Source of the DNA: Pseudomonadota bacterium
Lineage (GTDB): Bacteria; Pseudomonadota; Alphaproteobacteria; TMED109
Reading direction: 5' to 3'
Length of the DNA stretch: 64,000 nucleotides
Assembly: GCA_036042925.1 (NCBI GenBank)
Contig: JAYYAX010000028.1
Coordinates: 1,056 to 65,055 of the forward strand
Below are positions 60,532 through 64,000 of this stretch, piece by piece. The notes under the pieces were generated by a model that made no database searches, was not told the DNA's origin, and worked only from the letters and a program-made list of their open reading frames with translations. The position numbers and the translations under genes are program-made. Every line of letters starts with the position of its first letter. The stretch's first letter is position 1.

Positions 60532-61575
60532 ATGCTTTTTAAAAATATTATATTCTTTCTAATAAAGCTTTTTCCACCTGAATTATCGCATCTTATTGCC
60601 CTTAATATTATTAAATTTTATCCTTTTTCTAAGAAGAAAATTAGTATTAATAATTCTTTAAAAATAAATTTATTTGGCTATGAATTGTCAAATCCATTAG
60701 GCCTAGCTGCTGGTTTTGATAAAAATGCTGAGGCTTTATCTGGTCTTATGAAATTGAATTTCAGTTTTATAGAAGTAGGAACAGTGACACCCTTAGCTCA
60801 AAAAGGAAATAAAAAGCCAAGAGTTCATAGACTTCATAGTGAAAACGCAATCATAAATAGCTTAGGTTTTCCAAATAATGGAATTAATCGATTAGTAAAA
60901 AAATTGTCAAATATTAGAAAAAATCATTCATTAGGTAATGAACCAATAATTGGAGTAAATATAGGTTGTAATAGAAAATCTAAAAATAAAGTTAATGACT
61001 ACGTGATATGTTTAAAAAAAGTGTATGAGTTTGCCGATTATGTAACCATAAATATATCATCTCCTAATACCCCTGGATTAAGAAATTTACAAAAAAAAAA
61101 AAATTTAGAAAAACTTTTAAAGCAAATTAATTCGGAAAGACTATCATTAAGAAAAAGGTTTAAGAGACTCTTACCATTAGTAATTAAAGTGTCTCCTGAT
61201 ATTGATTTAGCCTTACTTAAAGACTTAATAAAGCTATCAGTAAAGTATAAACTAGAAGGTATAATTGCAACTAATACTACAATTAATAAAAGTGTTCTCT
61301 CAAAAAATCTTAGTTTTATTCCTGAGGGCGGAATTTCAGGAAAACCTTTGCAAAAAAAATCTAATGCTATACTAAAAAAAATTAGAGTACTTAGTAAAAA
61401 TAATTTACAAATTATAGGATTAGGAGGTATTGATAATGCAGAAACTGCATATGAAAAATTAGCTTTGGGTTCTACAGCAGTTCAAATTTATTCTGGATTA
61501 GTTTTTAAAGGTCCCGAACTTATCGAAAATATATTATCTGATTTATTTAAAATAATTGAGTCAAAAAAAAAATGA
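60532..61575 (+). CDS. pyrD: Quinone-dependent dihydroorotate dehydrogenase (class 2)
   Basis: LAAGFDKNA, NISSPNTPGLR, KVSPD, TNTT, GGISGKP. Confidence 0.97.
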   Translation: MLFKNIIFFLIKLFPPELSHLIALNIIKFYPFSKKKISINNSLKINLFGYELSNPLGLAAGFDKNAEALSGLMKLNFSFIEVGTVTPLAQKGNKKPRVHRLHSENAIINSLGFPNNGINRLVKKLSNIRKNHSLGNEPIIGVNIGCNRKSKNKVNDYVICLKKVYEFADYVTINISSPNTPGLRNLQKKKNLEKLLKQINSERLSLRKRFKRLLPLVIKVSPDIDLALLKDLIKLSVKYKLEGIIATNTTINKSVLSKNLSFIPEGGISGKPLQKKSNAILKKIRVLSKNNLQIIGLGGIDNAETAYEKLALGSTAVQIYSGLVFKGPELIENILSDLFKIIESKKK

Positions 61576-62459
61576 CAGACGAATTTAATATTCTTAAAAA
61601 CCTAAGTGATATTGAAATAAAATATAAAGCATATATTGTAGATGTTTGGGGAGTTTTATGGGATGGTATAGAGCCTTATGAAAACTCTACTAAAACTCTT
61701 AAAAAACTAATTAACTTAGGAAAGCCAGTGGTTTTGTTATCTAATGCTCCTAGAAGAGCCAAAGTAGTATCACAGAAGCTTAATAATATAGGAATAGATG
61801 CTAATTATTACAATACCATTATATCCTCGGGAGAAATATGTCGTACAAATTTTTTAAATAATAAAGAAAAAATAAATAAATATGGTGATACTTTTTATTT
61901 CATAGGACAATCTCTTGATAAAACTATTACTGAAGATCTAGCACTTAAAGAAACTAAAAATATTAAAGAAGCAAAATTTTTATTGGTCTGTGGTACTAGA
62001 GACTTTAATGATAAATTAGAAAAATATTTGGATGAACTAAATTTAGGACTATCTTTAAAATTACCTCTTGTTTGTGCTAATCCAGATAAAGTTGTAGTTA
62101 GAAAAAATGGGGAATCCCTTATTTGTGCTGGTTTAATGGCTGACTACTACTCTTCTAACGGTGGCTTAGTATACAAATATGGAAAGCCCTTTAACGAAGC
62201 ATATGATTTTTGTTTTGATTATCTGAAGTCTGTAAGTTCTGATATTAATATCAATGATATTTTATGCATTGGTGACTCATTAGAGACTGATATCACTGGG
62301 GCAAACAACTTTGGAATCGATAGCTTATTGATAGCGAACGGTATTCACAAAGATAATTTAAATTATAAAGAAAAATTAATCTCAAAAATTAATATTAAAA
62401 AGTTTTTCAAAGAAAAAAGAATTTTTCCTAAGTATATTTTACAAAACTTTATATTTTAA
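61572..62459 (+). CDS. HAD-superfamily class IIA hydrolase (TIGR01459-like)
   Basis: DVWGV, LSNAPR, CANPD, GKP, IGDSLETDI.GA. Confidence 0.92.
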   Translation: MTDEFNILKNLSDIEIKYKAYIVDVWGVLWDGIEPYENSTKTLKKLINLGKPVVLLSNAPRRAKVVSQKLNNIGIDANYYNTIISSGEICRTNFLNNKEKINKYGDTFYFIGQSLDKTITEDLALKETKNIKEAKFLLVCGTRDFNDKLEKYLDELNLGLSLKLPLVCANPDKVVVRKNGESLICAGLMADYYSSNGGLVYKYGKPFNEAYDFCFDYLKSVSSDININDILCIGDSLETDITGANNFGIDSLLIANGIHKDNLNYKEKLISKINIKKFFKEKRIFPKYILQNFIF

Positions 62460-62471
62460 AACTAATTAAAA

Positions 62472-62506
62472 TTGACATCCCCTTAAAAAGAACATAAAGT
62501 GAACAA
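62472..62506 (+). promoter_or_regulatory. Sigma70 promoter overlapped by a LexA (SOS) box
   Basis: TTGACA(62472)-N17-TAAAGT(62495)-N6-ATG; GAAC-ATAAAGT-GAAC at 62490-62504 straddles the -10. Confidence 0.85.
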
Positions 62507-63775
62507 ATGAAAGAAAATAATAATTTGAAATGGTTATATTTAGACTTTAATAGCTACTTTGCAACAATCGAACAACAAGTTAAACCTATCTTGAGAAAAA
62601 AGCCTGTGGTTATAGTTCCTTCTGTTACAGATTATACTTGCGCAATAGCAGCCAGTCATGAAGCAAAAAAACTAGGGATAAAAACGGGGACTATGATATA
62701 CAAAGCTAGATCAATATGCCCTGATTTAATATGTGTACAAGCAGACCATGAAAAGTATATATATTATCATCATAAGTTAGTAAAAGAAATTAGTAAGTAT
62801 ATTCCTATAGAACAAGTGTGTTCTGTAGATGAGGTTGCCTGCAAATTATTAGGAAAAGAATGTAATCCTAAAATAATTGTTAATAAGGCTATAGATATTA
62901 AAAAAGGTATAAGAAAAAATGTAGGTGACTATATAAGTTGTTCAATAGGCGTATCTACTAATAAGTTTTTAGCCAAAATAGCCAGCAACCTTCAAAAACC
63001 TGATGGTTTAAAAATAATAAATAGTAATAAGATTCTACAAAGAATAAACCATTTAAACCTATCAGATCTTACCGGAATAGGAAAAAGAATGGAAGTGAGG
63101 TTATTATTATCAGGAATTACATCAATAAAGAAATTATATGAGTTATCTCCAAAAAATATGAGGAAAATATGGGGTAACGTTTTAGGAGAAAAGTTTTGGT
63201 ATATGTTAAGAGGAAAAGATCTAGAGGAAGATACTTATGTAAAAACTAAAACCATAGGGCACAGTCATGTCTTACACCCTGATTGGAGAGATCTGAAAAA
63301 ATCTAGAGAAATCATGAGAAGATTGGTATTAAAGGCTGCTAGTCGTCTAAGAAGAAAAAGTTTCTTATGCACACGTTTAAAGATATCAATTAAAACCGTT
63401 ACAGGAAAAAAATTCAAATCTATAGAAAAGTTTCAAAAATTGAATGACAGTTTTAGTCTTCTGGAAAAAGCTAATAATATATGGATAAGGCTGATACGTT
63501 ATTATAAAATAGCTAAAATCATGCAAGTTAATGTTGTACTATATGATCTTTACTCGATGGATACAAAACAGCTTAGTCTATTAGACGGTATAAAAAGTAA
63601 AAATCGGCAGGACGAGAAGAAAAAAAAGTTAGTTTCTAAGGCTATGGACTCTATTAATTCCCGTTTTGGCCGAGATAGCGTAACTATTGGAGCTCTTCCT
63701 AATGACGTTGTTAGATTTTCCGGAACTAAAATAGCATTTACAAGAATCCCTGAAATAAAAGAGTTTTATGAATAA
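62507..63775 (+). CDS. dinB: Y-family translesion DNA polymerase (DinB/UmuC-like)
   Basis: LDFNSYFATIEQ, AASHEAK..G, SVDE catalytic residues, NKFLAKIAS...KPDG, clamp-binding motif QLSLL. Confidence 0.9.
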   Translation: MKENNNLKWLYLDFNSYFATIEQQVKPILRKKPVVIVPSVTDYTCAIAASHEAKKLGIKTGTMIYKARSICPDLICVQADHEKYIYYHHKLVKEISKYIPIEQVCSVDEVACKLLGKECNPKIIVNKAIDIKKGIRKNVGDYISCSIGVSTNKFLAKIASNLQKPDGLKIINSNKILQRINHLNLSDLTGIGKRMEVRLLLSGITSIKKLYELSPKNMRKIWGNVLGEKFWYMLRGKDLEEDTYVKTKTIGHSHVLHPDWRDLKKSREIMRRLVLKAASRLRRKSFLCTRLKISIKTVTGKKFKSIEKFQKLNDSFSLLEKANNIWIRLIRYYKIAKIMQVNVVLYDLYSMDTKQLSLLDGIKSKNRQDEKKKKLVSKAMDSINSRFGRDSVTIGALPNDVVRFSGTKIAFTRIPEIKEFYE

Positions 63776-63779
63776 AACA

Positions 63780-64000
63780 CTACTTTCTAAATTTTAAACT
63801 TATTTTTTTTAATTTCTTAGAATTATTAGTTTTTATTGCACCGGAAAAAAATTTAAACTTTTTCTTCTTTAAAAAAGGAATAAGTATAAAACCCATAAGA
63901 AAACCACCAATATGAGCATACCATGCTACCCCCGGACTGTTAGGGTCAGTAAAATAAGCATTAGTTATCTGTGATAAAAACCAAAAGCCGATTAAAATTC
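63780..64000 (-). CDS. Rhomboid intramembrane serine protease, 3' part (truncated by window edge)
   Basis: Minus-strand frame ILIGFWFLSQ...GVAWYAHIGGFLMG...FRK*; AHxGG catalytic His motif; absent from the ORF track. Confidence 0.88.
   Translation of the reverse strand, partial: ILIGFWFLSQITNAYFTDPNSPGVAWYAHIGGFLMGFILIPFLKKKKFKFFSGAIKTNNSKKLKKISLKFRK

Overview
Very AT-rich (roughly a quarter to 30% GC by eye), tightly packed core-genome segment of a streamlined alphaproteobacterium, probably a marine lineage, which is inferred from gene content and order. It contains the F0 ATP synthase operon (atpI-B-E-F'-F), dadA, rnhA, dsbD and yqgE. Next is an aa3 cytochrome c oxidase cluster (coxB-coxA-cyoE-coxF-ctaG-coxC-DUF983-surf1-ctaA-thrC-rimJ) with a divergent subunit IV gene that the ORF track missed. 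It continues with uvrD-pepP-FMN reductase, ligA-recN-bamD, hisN-ETF:QO, the complete dcw cluster (mraZ to ftsZ, then lpxC) and RNase P RNA. The last part holds an amidase, djlA, 5-oxoprolinase, mlaA-mlaC, pntAA-AB-B, gloB, a 2-hydroxyacid dehydrogenase, rpsU/COQ9, purEK, pyrD, a HAD hydrolase, a LexA-boxed Y-family polymerase and the end of a rhomboid protease. I saw no mobile elements, CRISPR arrays, tRNAs, rRNAs or defence islands, and I cannot support a wholly new multi-gene system. The best leads are: a second alphaproteobacterial LexA box wedged between the 3' end of rnpB and the mraZ/dcw promoter; a recurring leaderless promoter architecture; a type-1 (two Cys pairs) heme A synthase inside the cox operon; and a KTG-to-KTA change in the FtsI active site.
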